Of a stretch of DNA of 64,000 nucleotides, positions 34,294 through 44,580 are shown piece by piece (positions within the stretch are counted from its first letter, which is position 1; every line of letters begins with the position of its first letter). A program made the position numbers and the translations under genes. The DNA comes from a virus (lineage: Duplodnaviria > Heunggongvirae > Uroviricota > Caudoviricetes). The stretch spans positions 1 through 64,000 of the IMG/VR virus record IMGVR_UViG_3300046810_000041; one strand, given 5' to 3'. The notes under the pieces were generated by a model. That model saw nothing but the letters and a program-made list of their open reading frames with translations, ran no database searches and had not been told where the DNA came from.

Positions 34294-35622
34294 ATGCATA
34301 CCATTTTACATCCAGGTCAATCCGAGATTTATTCTGATCTCTTTATTGAAATGAATTGTAGGTATGCTGTGGCGGTGTGTAGCCGTGGATGGGGTAAATC
34401 CTATTTCGCGGCTGCATGTGCAACTACGGCTATCTTCGAGCTACTACAACTAGCTACTTACGTGCCGAACAAGATTGTATACATCATTGCACCAACGTAT
34501 GCTCAGGTGACTGACATCTATTACCCTCTTTTGGCCTATGAAATGGGTCTTGAGAATTACTGTATTCGCAGTAGTAAAGATGCAGGACGCTTCTGGTTCC
34601 CTAAAGGCGTAGAACTAAGACTTGTCTCTTACGAGGCAGTTGAGCGTTTACGTGGTACGGGTGCATACTTTGTTGTTATGGACGAGGTCCGAGATTGGAC
34701 CAAAGGCTCAGGCTTTAAAGAAGCTTGGGAATCTATCATTCAGCCTTGCATTAACACGCGTTGGTCTCGGAAACGAGCTAAACAGTTATTTGCCAAGTCT
34801 CCTGGTAGAGCCCTCTGTATTTCGACCCCTAAGGGTTACGACTACCTCTATGAAATGTACCACTTCGAAGAGTCAGACTCTGATTGGAAGTCTTACCATT
34901 TCGACTATCGATCTTCTCCATACTTGGATGAGGCCGAAATCGAGAAGGTAATGCATACGATCGATCCTCTGAAGTTCGCAAGAGAGTACAAGGCTTCATT
35001 TGAGGATTCTGGCAATAATGTCTTCTACTGTTTTAATAGGAAAGTCCATGTTCAGAAAGATGTTCCCGATCTCGTTGAGGGTGAAGATGTCCATATTGGC
35101 ATTGACTTCAACGTTGGCCTCCAGTGTTCCTCGGTTTTCGTCATTCGAGGAAATCAAGTACACTTCATTGATGAGCTCAAAGGGCACCCCGATACCGAGC
35201 AGCTCGCGATTGCAATCAAAGCACGCTACAAGGGACACAAAATCTTCGCATACCCAGATCCATCGGGTAGGTCACGGAAGACGTCGGCCCCGGTAGGTGT
35301 GACTGACTTCTCTATCTTGCGCTCTTATGGAATCATCTGTCTAGCTCACAAGAAAGCACCACCGATCGTTGATTCTGTGGCTGCTGTGAACAAGATGCTT
35401 AAGACTGCTGCGGGTGGAGTAAGTATTTATATTCATCCTCGTTGTGTTGGTGTGATTCAATCCCTTGAGCGTACTGCTTGGGTGGATAATAACGCCGATA
35501 CCGCAACGATCGATAAGAAAGAAGGCAATGAGCACTTCTCTGATGGTATCAGGTATGCAATTGAATTCCTGTTCCCGATCAAGGCTCACAAGAAAACTGT
35601 GGAAAGAGGCTTTGGCTTCTAA
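34294..35622 (+). CDS. Terminase large subunit
   Basis: Walker A CSRGWGKSYFAA and Walker B VVMDEVRDW, a downstream nuclease-type acidic block, and a size of 442 aa. Confidence 0.8.
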   Translation: MHTILHPGQSEIYSDLFIEMNCRYAVAVCSRGWGKSYFAAACATTAIFELLQLATYVPNKIVYIIAPTYAQVTDIYYPLLAYEMGLENYCIRSSKDAGRFWFPKGVELRLVSYEAVERLRGTGAYFVVMDEVRDWTKGSGFKEAWESIIQPCINTRWSRKRAKQLFAKSPGRALCISTPKGYDYLYEMYHFEESDSDWKSYHFDYRSSPYLDEAEIEKVMHTIDPLKFAREYKASFEDSGNNVFYCFNRKVHVQKDVPDLVEGEDVHIGIDFNVGLQCSSVFVIRGNQVHFIDELKGHPDTEQLAIAIKARYKGHKIFAYPDPSGRSRKTSAPVGVTDFSILRSYGIICLAHKKAPPIVDSVAAVNKMLKTAAGGVSIYIHPRCVGVIQSLERTAWVDNNADTATIDKKEGNEHFSDGIRYAIEFLFPIKAHKKTVERGFGF

Positions 35623-35647
35623 CATTAACCAATTTTGAAAGTATATT

Positions 35648-35953
35648 ATGACCGACCAAGTTCAAGCTCCTGTGCTGAATAAACCTGTTGTGGCAAATGC
35701 TGCAGTCAAACCTGCTGAACCTATTGTTCAAGCAAATGCAGAAGTTAAAGAGCCTCCGAAGGAAGTCCCTAAGGAAGCTGCTCAGAAGTATCGTGTGACG
35801 CCTGGTACTCTGCTGCCTGCTGATCTGATTCCCGCCAATTGGGTCATCGAGACTACCTCGGAAGAGAATGTCATCTATGCCCGTAATGGTGTGACCAACA
35901 AAGAATTCGTGGGTCCGAAGAAAGACCTGGGTCGCTACCTCCGGGGTGAATAA
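35648..35953 (+). CDS. Hypothetical protein (101 aa)
   Basis: ORF between TerL and the putative portal. Confidence 0.45.
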   Translation: MTDQVQAPVLNKPVVANAAVKPAEPIVQANAEVKEPPKEVPKEAAQKYRVTPGTLLPADLIPANWVIETTSEENVIYARNGVTNKEFVGPKKDLGRYLRGE

Positions 35954-37596
35954 TGATCGTTACCGTTCCTAAAGCGACAGACGGTGCGGAAAGTAAAAAG
36001 AGTGTAGCTGATCCTACAACCTCTTACCTTACTATGCTCCCTCTGTGGGGCAAAAGCAGGGCTGTATGCAATGGTGAACGGGCTGTAAAAGAGTATGATG
36101 ATATTCTTGATTTAGTCGGATTCACTAACCTGCTGATTCCGTTCTCGCCCTCGATGTCCCCTGAACAGTACCAATGGTACAAATCAGAAGCAGAACTTCC
36201 TGGTATTGTCTCTCAGTATGCTAAGGTAATTGTGGGGGGATTGCTCCGTAAGAAGCCTTCCCTCGAACTACCTGAAGATGCTCCTGAAGATGCAATGGAC
36301 TGGATCATGAACCAATTCGCACAAGATGGTTCTCCTTTGGTTAACTTCCTAGATCAAGCTCTCTGGGAAGAAATGCAGACTTCTCGCGCTTGGGTTTACA
36401 TTGACTACCCTGCTGTAGAAGATGCAAAAGCCAATGCGATGACAAAGGAAGACTTCCTGGAATTGAAGCCTTATCCGGTAATCTGGAATGCTGAGTCCAT
36501 TGTTAACTACCGTGTTGGTGTTAGCTCTGAGACTGGTAATCAAGAACTCAAAATGGTTATTGTGCGTAACTATGAAGAGGACTATAAGGAAGGTGAATAT
36601 CACCCTACTCTAGTCGATACTGTCTGGGTTCATGAACTCAAAGACAATAAGTATCAGATTACCAAGTACCAGAATAAATCTGGGAAGGCTGGTATTCCTG
36701 TAATCAATGGTGCTATCCAGCAGAATTACACTGAGTCTGCTTCTGGCTTCGAACAAGATGGTGAAATCATCTATCCGAAGATTCAGGGCGAGCCTATGAC
36801 TGTAATCCCTGCATGGCCTCTGAATGGTTCGATTGGAATGGTTGATCCTATTCTGAACGCACTGATCGATCGCGAGCTTAGCCTGTACAACAAGCTTTCT
36901 CGTCGTAATCACCTTCTGTATGGCGCATCTACGTATACTCCTTGGATTGCCTCGGATATGCCTGATGAAGACTTCGAGAAGGTAGTAGGTCGTGGACTTG
37001 GTTCCTGGATTCACATCCCTAGTGGTGATACAATTGGCGTCCTTGAGACTCCGACTGCAGCACTACAAGATATGGATCGTGCTATCTCTGCCACTCTTGA
37101 AGAAATGGCGAAGATGGGCATTCGTATGCTGTCTCCTGAAGTGGACCAATCTGGTATTGCTTTGGAGATTCGCAATGCAGCTCAGACTGCTCAACTTGGT
37201 ACGTTAAATACTAAGGTCAGCAATCAGATGTCTAGCATCATCGCTTTCATGCTCAACTGGCGGTATGGTACGGATTACAAACCAGCTGATGTCAAATTCA
37301 AGCTTTCGGATGACTTCAATCCTGCCCCTCTGGGTGCTGATTGGCTGCGTCTGATTACTGAATGGTACCAGGCAGGTCTGATTCCACGTACTGTGTGGCT
37401 GTCGATCATGAAACAGAACGATATCGTACCTCCGGAATACGACGACAAGGAAGGCCAGAAAGAAATTAATGGTGACCCTCTGGTTGTTACTCCAAGGGAA
37501 GATATGCAGTTCGCAGCTCAATTGCAGAAAGAAGTTACGGCTCAAAAGACCGGACAACCAACTGCAAAACCAGCTGTTCCACCAGCGAAGAAGTAA
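35953..37596 (+). CDS. Putative portal protein
   Basis: 547 aa, placed between the large terminase and the MuF-domain minor head protein, which is the canonical portal position in SPP1/lambda-like modules. Assignment by synteny and size only. Confidence 0.5.
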   Translation: MIVTVPKATDGAESKKSVADPTTSYLTMLPLWGKSRAVCNGERAVKEYDDILDLVGFTNLLIPFSPSMSPEQYQWYKSEAELPGIVSQYAKVIVGGLLRKKPSLELPEDAPEDAMDWIMNQFAQDGSPLVNFLDQALWEEMQTSRAWVYIDYPAVEDAKANAMTKEDFLELKPYPVIWNAESIVNYRVGVSSETGNQELKMVIVRNYEEDYKEGEYHPTLVDTVWVHELKDNKYQITKYQNKSGKAGIPVINGAIQQNYTESASGFEQDGEIIYPKIQGEPMTVIPAWPLNGSIGMVDPILNALIDRELSLYNKLSRRNHLLYGASTYTPWIASDMPDEDFEKVVGRGLGSWIHIPSGDTIGVLETPTAALQDMDRAISATLEEMAKMGIRMLSPEVDQSGIALEIRNAAQTAQLGTLNTKVSNQMSSIIAFMLNWRYGTDYKPADVKFKLSDDFNPAPLGADWLRLITEWYQAGLIPRTVWLSIMKQNDIVPPEYDDKEGQKEINGDPLVVTPREDMQFAAQLQKEVTAQKTGQPTAKPAVPPAKK

Positions 37597-37599
37597 AGA

Positions 37600-37622
37600 G
37601 AAGTCCCTCTTCGGAGGGCTTC
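37600..37622 (+). terminator. Hairpin gaagtccctc-UUCG-gagggcttc after the portal gene
   Basis: Inverted repeat with a UUCG tetraloop. Only a weak T-tract (ttgaaat) follows. Confidence 0.3.
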
Positions 37623-37699
37623 TTGAAATAACTCATGAATTGGGTTATTTCAGGAAGATTCAAATTCAATTGATTAACTAACATAAGAGGCGGGTATAA

Positions 37700-40600
37700 A
37701 TGGCTGAGATTAATGCTAACACTGCCATCTATGACAAGTCCGTAGATCGATCAGCAATGATTCGATTCTATGAGGAACGTGTCGGCGGTAAAATCAAAGA
37801 GGTAATGAAAGGGCATGAGCTTGATGTGATGAAGCTTATTGCTAGCACTCCCAAGAATGATCCAAAGCTCCGTGAAGAGCTGGATAAACTCTTGATTAAG
37901 AATTATGGCAACATGCATGATATCTCGAAGCGTTCCTTGATGGATCTCATCTTCGATCAGACATCTTACATGGTGCAGAGCCTGACTAAAGCTATTGGTG
38001 ACATCTGGTCTGTCAATAAGCCTCAGTACAGGATTGCAGAAGAGATTGCTCTCAATCGTCCTCTGTATAACGATGCTACCCTACTCCAAGGATGGCAAGG
38101 TGTATCGATCGCTGAAAGAAAACGCCTCGAAGCAGTAATCCGTAAAGGTATTGCTCAAGGTCAATCAGAAGCTGAGATTGCTTTGGAAGTCCGTAAGGGT
38201 AATGTGTTCAACATTTCCAGAACTCAATCGCTTGGTCTTGTGCGTACTGCCATGACTAGTGTTGTGGTTCAAACAGATCATGAAGTCTACAAAGCAAATG
38301 AAAAGGCCTTACAAGGTTGGCAGTATATTGCTGTGCTCGATAGTCGTACTACTCCTATTTGTGCTCATCGTGATGGTACAATCTACGATATTAGCGATAC
38401 TGAACATCTACCACCTTCGCACTGGAACTGCCGATCGACTACTGTCCCTGTTGTCAAGCACTGGTCTGACTTACTTAAGCTTGATGGTGTGGCACAGATT
38501 CGTAGGAAGAACCTGGAGAGCCTGACAGATAAGCAGAAAGCGTACTATGATGGTTTGACTCCTTCGAAAGAGTCTTATCAAGATTGGCTTTCTCGTCAGC
38601 CTACACTTGTTCAGTTGAAGCATCTTGGTGATTACGCCAAAGTAGAAGCCTTCCAACAAGGTAAACTGACTGTAGATAAATTTACAAACGATGATGGTAA
38701 ATCCATCGGTATTAAAGAACTGAGACAGTTGACCAATGAGACCTTCACGGCTCCTGGTGATACTACTCGATTCGGTAATGCCAAAGAAAAGCTGGATGCT
38801 ATTCGCTTAGGTGTGAATCGTCCAGAAGACCTGATCAACAACCCTGATCTGCAGGCTGCACTCAAGGAATACTACTTGCTTCAAGCAGGTGATCTTGATG
38901 GTACTCTGTCGCTCACTAGTTATCGTGGTACGCTTGTTGGTAACAAGAAAGCTACTAAGACTCGTGTTCTTAACTCTCCTCCAAGGGAAGAGAATTTGAA
39001 GTACAATCCTGTGACTGGTCGTTATGATGATTCTCGTATGTATCAGCCTTCTGCTGAGGCACTTGAGAACTCTCTGCGTCTGGTTAATGAAGCTGCCTCT
39101 TTGAAAGACGAGGATAAAGTCTTCATTAATAACTTTATTGCAGGTATGGAGAACTTTGTAGGCACTAACGAAAGAGCTGTGATTACAGAAAATCTGCGTA
39201 TTGTGTTTACTCGATTCCGCGATAACAAAGAGCCTTGGGCTAATTTCAAAGCAGTCCTGAACTCTCAGATGAAGTTTGACGTGATGAACGTTTCTGACTA
39301 TATCGAGACTCAGCTGCGTAAAGACGGTAATCTCCTGACTCGTTTGAAGCAAGACAACTACATTGACCCTGTCCTTGGTGTTGTTCAGCTTGACGATCTT
39401 GAGAAGACCTTCATTGACAACATTAAGGAAAAGAATGCTTGGGAAGATAAGACCGCCCCTAAGATCGCGAAAGAGCTTCGTGGACTTCTTGATCTGGACA
39501 TTCCTCTGCGAATTAGGACACGCCTTAGTAATGATGATCTCGAAGCTTTTTATCTTCGTTTTGCTAACCGCTTGTCTGTTGCTGATACTCCTGACCGTGA
39601 CCAACTGGCAGTCTCTTTGGGACGGGACCTTTACAATTCCGCTAACTGGCGTGGTGACAGACGTGCATGGTTCGACTTAGGTTCTAAGCTGCTGAATAGC
39701 CCTCGGGTGAAAAGCTACTGGAAGCAAGAGACAACGATGACTACTAAGCGTCGTATGAAGAGTAGACTTTCGGGTCAATACTTCGGTCCTTACTATGACT
39801 CGTTCACTGTCAATATTCGTATTGTCGATCCAAGGATTCAGCGCTATGCACAACTTACCCGAAAAGTCGATGTTGGACTCCGATTGGGAGTCTTTAATGA
39901 GCGTAATAAGCTCTACATCCGACCCGGCTTTAAGACTTACTGGACTAAAGGTATTCTTGGCTACGAGGACACAAGAATTCCCATTACCTCCACGAATTCT
40001 TTCTCAGATTTCCCAGAAGAACTGGTTGACAACAATCTGTCCGACGCTCTTAACTGGGCATCAACCACTAAGTACAAAGTAGACCCTGAGTTCCACGACT
40101 TCATCGAGAAATTGCTGATGTTCGAGGACGATAAGGGTAAAGCTCAGTACTATCATGGTTTGAATCAGTATCGTAGTTACATCGCTGAACGTGGTGATGC
40201 CTATGAACGATTTAAAGCTATGAAGTGGCTTCGGGATAAAGAAATTGGATTTGCTAATCATGCATTCGTAGACCATCGTGCTCGTATTTACGACCGTGGT
40301 ATGATTAGCCCTCAGTCTGGTGAAACATTCCGTCCATTCCTTAATACGAGTGAGCCTGTGAATTTCTCCCCAGAAGAGTTTGACAACTTGCAGGATCAGA
40401 TAGGTGCTTTCTTAGGAGGTCTCTCAGACCACTTTGAAGGAAGGTACAATTCCCTGTCTATCCTTGGTCGTCAGAAGATCGCTGAGATGTGGAGAGATGA
40501 ACTGGTCAAGATCGGTAACCATATCCTGAGAAATAAACCTGGAGATATTCGTGCTGTCCTGGAGTCTGACTTCCTGGCACATATCGAAGGTGAAGAGCAA

Positions 40601-42619
40601 GGTAAAGCTATGCGCTTCGCTCTGGAAATGGCAAAGATCGATAAGTATCTGAAAGAGAAGGCTAGTGTAGTCTTCCAAGAACCTGACCTGAGCTTTATTC
40701 GTGATGGTGATGAGTACATTGACATTAACAAAGTACACCAGTTGGCTCACTTGAAGCCGATTGAGAAAGTTAATGTGGATGATGTCAACATCTTCGTGGA
40801 TGAAACTCTTTCAGAGCACTCCGCAAGGAAGCTCCCTAAAGGTGATGAGAAACGAATTAAGAAAGCAGACTTGGATGCACCTGTGGTTGTGGAGTTAGAT
40901 GAAGGCCAATACGGTCAACAAGACTTCAAATACCACTGGCTCGATGGTTACCACCGCTTAGTGAAAGCAAAGCGTGATGGCATCAAAGAGATTCAAGTAC
41001 AAGTGCTCTCTGCAAAAGATGTGAAGAAGGCCCGAGTGCAGCACTACGATCAGTTGACTGAAGGTAATCCCAAAGAGATTCTGTGGGGTAAGCCGATCAA
41101 CCCGTATTCGCCGCTTAACTTGAGGCACCTCAACAACTACAAAATCAGTGTCGCTCTGGAGCAGGATGCTTCCTCCTCTGGTGCACAGATTATTGCTCTG
41201 ACTACGAAGAACAAACAGCTCGCCAATCTGTCTAATGTTATTCCAACTAACCAGAAGCAACGTCTGTATGACGAGATTGCAGCAGCTACCTACCAAGATC
41301 CTCGTTTCCAAGAACTGAATAAGCGATTGGGACTCTCCGAGAAGGATCTACGTAAGGCTGCTAAAGCTCAGAACATGGTTACTTTCTATGGTGCTGGTGA
41401 ACGTACTGGTATTCTGAATGTGGAAGGTAAGCTCGCGAAAGCCCTTAGCAAACAACCTGGAACAATGGTGGTTAAGGCTTCTGACCGAGACAAAGTACTT
41501 AACGAAATCTCGGCTCGTATGGCTCGATATGAAAAATTCGATCCAGACACATATGAAGAACTTAAGGCTCTTCGTCAAGACGTGCGTGACATCTTCAACA
41601 AAGGCCAACAGCCTAGTGATGACATCATGTACCAATTGTATTTCTTAGAGCCTAAAACGAGAGACCTGGTGGATAAGATGACGCGTCAGTACGACAATGT
41701 TGTTACTCCGCAGGACTTCTCAACAATTGCAAAGATTATGAGCGAGAATCTTTCAATCCAAGTCCCAATCCTCAAAGACTTCACCAGATTCTTCGGAAGA
41801 CTGGCGGAAGACTTCGTAACAAACGCTAAACCTGGGGATAGCAAGAAAGATCTTGCAGAAGTACTCAAAGAGAAAGCCTTTGGTCAGCGCAAAGGACAGC
41901 CTCCAGAACTCCTTAACCGGATTCCGGGATGGCATCCAGGAAGTCCTTTGTCTGAAATGCTCTATGGCGTGCGTGAGAAGAAACTACCTAAGAAATGGAC
42001 TAACATTCCTTGGGTTAACTTTGATGGTAAGACAATTGAACAGAACTTCACTCAAGTGTTCGAGGAGCGTTTGACTTACAAGGACAAGAATGGTAAGTGG
42101 GTGACTAATATCCTGCAAGTACCACAGAAAACTGATCCCACATTCTGGGATGAGCTTGTGAATAAGAGCGACCTCTTCAATGATATTGTTGATGCTCAGA
42201 AAGCAAGAACTGCATTTGCGGTTAACGGTAATCACTCAAATGATGCTGTGATCGTTAAGCGTTTCCATCTGTGGGGCAAAGAGAAGGATATTCCGACTTC
42301 TACTATCCATGATGCGTTCTTTACAAATGCTGCTAAGCTGCTTGAGGCTAGAAGCGCACTCAGAGAAATCTATGGTGACATCGTTACGACCAATCCTGTT
42401 CAAAATACTCTCGATGAGATGTATAAACGAGGTTTACCAAAAGAGCTCTACAAGAAATACTTAAATGAAGCTATCGACATTGGCCTGATACCTGTGGTTG
42501 GAAGGTCGCGTGTTGGCGGTAAGCTCATTACCGAGGATGACATCCTCACGAAGGAAGATATTCTAGCGCCTATCCCTAAAGGGTTCAAAGAGAACCTTGG
42601 ATGGTATGGCATTGGATGA
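37700..42619 (+). CDS. Giant minor-capsid fusion protein: N-terminal Mu-F/SPP1-gp7-like head domain, central region, C-terminal T7/N4-like single-subunit RNA polymerase domain with a ParB-like insertion (candidate virion RNAP)
   Basis: MuF motif ...TTPICAHRDGTIYDISDTEHLPPSHWNCRSTTVP (about 38340-38445). RNAP motifs: DHRARIYDRG...SPQSG (T/DxxGR region, 40271), motif A QDASSSGAQ (41165), motif B KAQNMVTFYGAG (41363-41392), a HSND block, and motif C IHDAFF (42308). ParB-like WLDGYHRLVKA at 40937-40969. Confidence 0.8.
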   Translation: MAEINANTAIYDKSVDRSAMIRFYEERVGGKIKEVMKGHELDVMKLIASTPKNDPKLREELDKLLIKNYGNMHDISKRSLMDLIFDQTSYMVQSLTKAIGDIWSVNKPQYRIAEEIALNRPLYNDATLLQGWQGVSIAERKRLEAVIRKGIAQGQSEAEIALEVRKGNVFNISRTQSLGLVRTAMTSVVVQTDHEVYKANEKALQGWQYIAVLDSRTTPICAHRDGTIYDISDTEHLPPSHWNCRSTTVPVVKHWSDLLKLDGVAQIRRKNLESLTDKQKAYYDGLTPSKESYQDWLSRQPTLVQLKHLGDYAKVEAFQQGKLTVDKFTNDDGKSIGIKELRQLTNETFTAPGDTTRFGNAKEKLDAIRLGVNRPEDLINNPDLQAALKEYYLLQAGDLDGTLSLTSYRGTLVGNKKATKTRVLNSPPREENLKYNPVTGRYDDSRMYQPSAEALENSLRLVNEAASLKDEDKVFINNFIAGMENFVGTNERAVITENLRIVFTRFRDNKEPWANFKAVLNSQMKFDVMNVSDYIETQLRKDGNLLTRLKQDNYIDPVLGVVQLDDLEKTFIDNIKEKNAWEDKTAPKIAKELRGLLDLDIPLRIRTRLSNDDLEAFYLRFANRLSVADTPDRDQLAVSLGRDLYNSANWRGDRRAWFDLGSKLLNSPRVKSYWKQETTMTTKRRMKSRLSGQYFGPYYDSFTVNIRIVDPRIQRYAQLTRKVDVGLRLGVFNERNKLYIRPGFKTYWTKGILGYEDTRIPITSTNSFSDFPEELVDNNLSDALNWASTTKYKVDPEFHDFIEKLLMFEDDKGKAQYYHGLNQYRSYIAERGDAYERFKAMKWLRDKEIGFANHAFVDHRARIYDRGMISPQSGETFRPFLNTSEPVNFSPEEFDNLQDQIGAFLGGLSDHFEGRYNSLSILGRQKIAEMWRDELVKIGNHILRNKPGDIRAVLESDFLAHIEGEEQGKAMRFALEMAKIDKYLKEKASVVFQEPDLSFIRDGDEYIDINKVHQLAHLKPIEKVNVDDVNIFVDETLSEHSARKLPKGDEKRIKKADLDAPVVVELDEGQYGQQDFKYHWLDGYHRLVKAKRDGIKEIQVQVLSAKDVKKARVQHYDQLTEGNPKEILWGKPINPYSPLNLRHLNNYKISVALEQDASSSGAQIIALTTKNKQLANLSNVIPTNQKQRLYDEIAAATYQDPRFQELNKRLGLSEKDLRKAAKAQNMVTFYGAGERTGILNVEGKLAKALSKQPGTMVVKASDRDKVLNEISARMARYEKFDPDTYEELKALRQDVRDIFNKGQQPSDDIMYQLYFLEPKTRDLVDKMTRQYDNVVTPQDFSTIAKIMSENLSIQVPILKDFTRFFGRLAEDFVTNAKPGDSKKDLAEVLKEKAFGQRKGQPPELLNRIPGWHPGSPLSEMLYGVREKKLPKKWTNIPWVNFDGKTIEQNFTQVFEERLTYKDKNGKWVTNILQVPQKTDPTFWDELVNKSDLFNDIVDAQKARTAFAVNGNHSNDAVIVKRFHLWGKEKDIPTSTIHDAFFTNAAKLLEARSALREIYGDIVTTNPVQNTLDEMYKRGLPKELYKKYLNEAIDIGLIPVVGRSRVGGKLITEDDILTKEDILAPIPKGFKENLGWYGIG

Positions 42620-42688
42620 AAATTGCAGTAGGGCTGTGCCTTATTGTGTATTAATTAACTAGCGGGCTGTGCCCATGGAAGAAACAAA

Positions 42689-43369
42689 ATGAACACGACT
42701 GATAAATTCCTTGAAGATGGAGTTACACCGAATCCGCATTACATCGACCCGAATCAAGAGACAGAAGAACAGCGTATTGAACGCCTGGCTCAAGAACGTG
42801 CTGATGCAAAGCTGAAAGAGATCAAAGCCAAGCTGGATAATGCGTACTCTGCGCGTGATGCTGCTCTGGCCGAAGCGGAGAAGCTGAAGCTGAAAGAACA
42901 AGAAGCACTCAAGAAGCAACTGGAAGAACAAGGTAAGTACAAGGAATTGTATGAACTTCAACTCCAGGAACAGAAAGATCGTGCTGCTCAACTGGAAGCA
43001 GAGAAAGCTGCTCTGTCTGCTCGTAATACGGAACTTACTCGCGATAATATGCTCCGTGATGCACTGAAGGGTTTCGACTTCCGCAATGATCGTGCTGCCG
43101 AAATGGCGTATCGTGAAATTGTTGGTGAACTGATTCAAGATGCCAATGGCAATTGGATTCACAAGTCGGGCGTCTCTATCAAAGACTTCGCTGTAGCATT
43201 CTCCAAGGACGATACTCAATCGTTCCTGTTCAAAGCAAAACAAAATGGCGGTGGCGGTACCAGCAATACTAATCACAAACCGAATGTGAATGCTGGTAAG
43301 AAACTCACCGAAATGTCCCAGAAGGAAGTCCTTGACGGGATTGCCAAAGGGACAATCAAAACCCGATAA
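42689..43369 (+). CDS. Putative scaffolding protein
   Basis: 226 aa, strongly coiled-coil and charged (...KLKEIKAKLDNAYSARDAALAEAEKLKLKEQEALKKQLEEQ...), immediately upstream of the capsid gene. Confidence 0.5.
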   Translation: MNTTDKFLEDGVTPNPHYIDPNQETEEQRIERLAQERADAKLKEIKAKLDNAYSARDAALAEAEKLKLKEQEALKKQLEEQGKYKELYELQLQEQKDRAAQLEAEKAALSARNTELTRDNMLRDALKGFDFRNDRAAEMAYREIVGELIQDANGNWIHKSGVSIKDFAVAFSKDDTQSFLFKAKQNGGGGTSNTNHKPNVNAGKKLTEMSQKEVLDGIAKGTIKTR

Positions 43370-43386
43370 TGTAAAGGAAACACAAT

Positions 43387-44568
43387 ATGGATATGACCAC
43401 TGGTCTGGCAGGCGCTTCTAATTACGTCCTGCAATCGGCTATCACTGCTTATGCAGATGAAGCTTACACTAATGCTCGCAAACTGTCGGGCACTGGCATC
43501 GCTGGTACTGATGCTCGTATCGATCCTTCGACTGAGACCTTCATTGGTCAAATGCGCTGGTTCAAGCCTCTGAATCCTGTGATCAACGTCGCATCGCTGA
43601 CTGATCCGACCAAAGGTACGCCGACTACCTACGCTTCGGAATTCGCGACCTACGTGAAATCGACTCGTACCCACGGTGCAGAGAAGGTCAATCTGCAGCA
43701 CATCGTTACTCAAGACGATGGTCTGGCTAAGGTTGGTCGTGACTTCGCTGAGACTCGTGCTCAAGATGAACACAATGCAATGCTGGCCATCATGAAAGGT
43801 GTCGCAATCTCGGAAGCCCTGATGGGTGCTGCCGCTGGTTCGGGCACTGGTGGTCTGGGTGGTCAAACCTTCGACAACGATCCGACTGACAAGCGTTACG
43901 GCTTCTATGTCGATCTGGGTACAAGCTCGCTGGTCAATGCTGCTACGGCTTCGAGCCAAGGCGCACAGCGTGCAGAACAGTTCCTGAATGCTCTGGGAAT
44001 GGGCTGGAAGGACTACGAGCCTGAATACGCTTACCTGGTGACTTCGCCGCAGATGGTCGCTATGCTGCGTTCGGCTAACCTGGTCGATCAAACCAAAGTG
44101 TCGGAAGCGAACATCATGTTCGAAACCATCTTTGGTGGTAAGTTCCGTCTGATCCAGACTCGCGCTACTCAGTCGCTGTCGGCTGGTCAAATGTCGAAGA
44201 TCAATTCGGGCAATGGTGTCGATATCGTCGGTACCAAGACTTCGTTCATCGTTCTGCCTGGCGCTATCGCTATGGCTGGCCTGAACATCGAAGTCCCGAC
44301 CGAGATTACTCGCGATGGTTCGACCTACAACGGTGGTGGTTCGACCAACATCTGGCATCGTTGGGGCTATGTGGCTCACCCTTCGGGCTACAACTGGAAA
44401 GGCGCTGACGACAAGTTCGCTTCGGACGCTGACTACCAGAAGGCTCTGACTGGTGGTACTGCACTGAACCTGATCGACAGCGTTGTGGATAACACCACTG
44501 TCGGTACCTGGGAACGTAAGACGAACTCGGCTCTGGGTCTGTCGATCCTGCCTGTGTTCCACTCGTAA
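43387..44568 (+). CDS. Putative major capsid protein
   Basis: 393 aa, positioned after the scaffold and before the head-tail genes. Assignment by synteny and size. Confidence 0.55.
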   Translation: MDMTTGLAGASNYVLQSAITAYADEAYTNARKLSGTGIAGTDARIDPSTETFIGQMRWFKPLNPVINVASLTDPTKGTPTTYASEFATYVKSTRTHGAEKVNLQHIVTQDDGLAKVGRDFAETRAQDEHNAMLAIMKGVAISEALMGAAAGSGTGGLGGQTFDNDPTDKRYGFYVDLGTSSLVNAATASSQGAQRAEQFLNALGMGWKDYEPEYAYLVTSPQMVAMLRSANLVDQTKVSEANIMFETIFGGKFRLIQTRATQSLSAGQMSKINSGNGVDIVGTKTSFIVLPGAIAMAGLNIEVPTEITRDGSTYNGGGSTNIWHRWGYVAHPSGYNWKGADDKFASDADYQKALTGGTALNLIDSVVDNTTVGTWERKTNSALGLSILPVFHS

Positions 44569-44580
44569 TCCGAGGTTACC

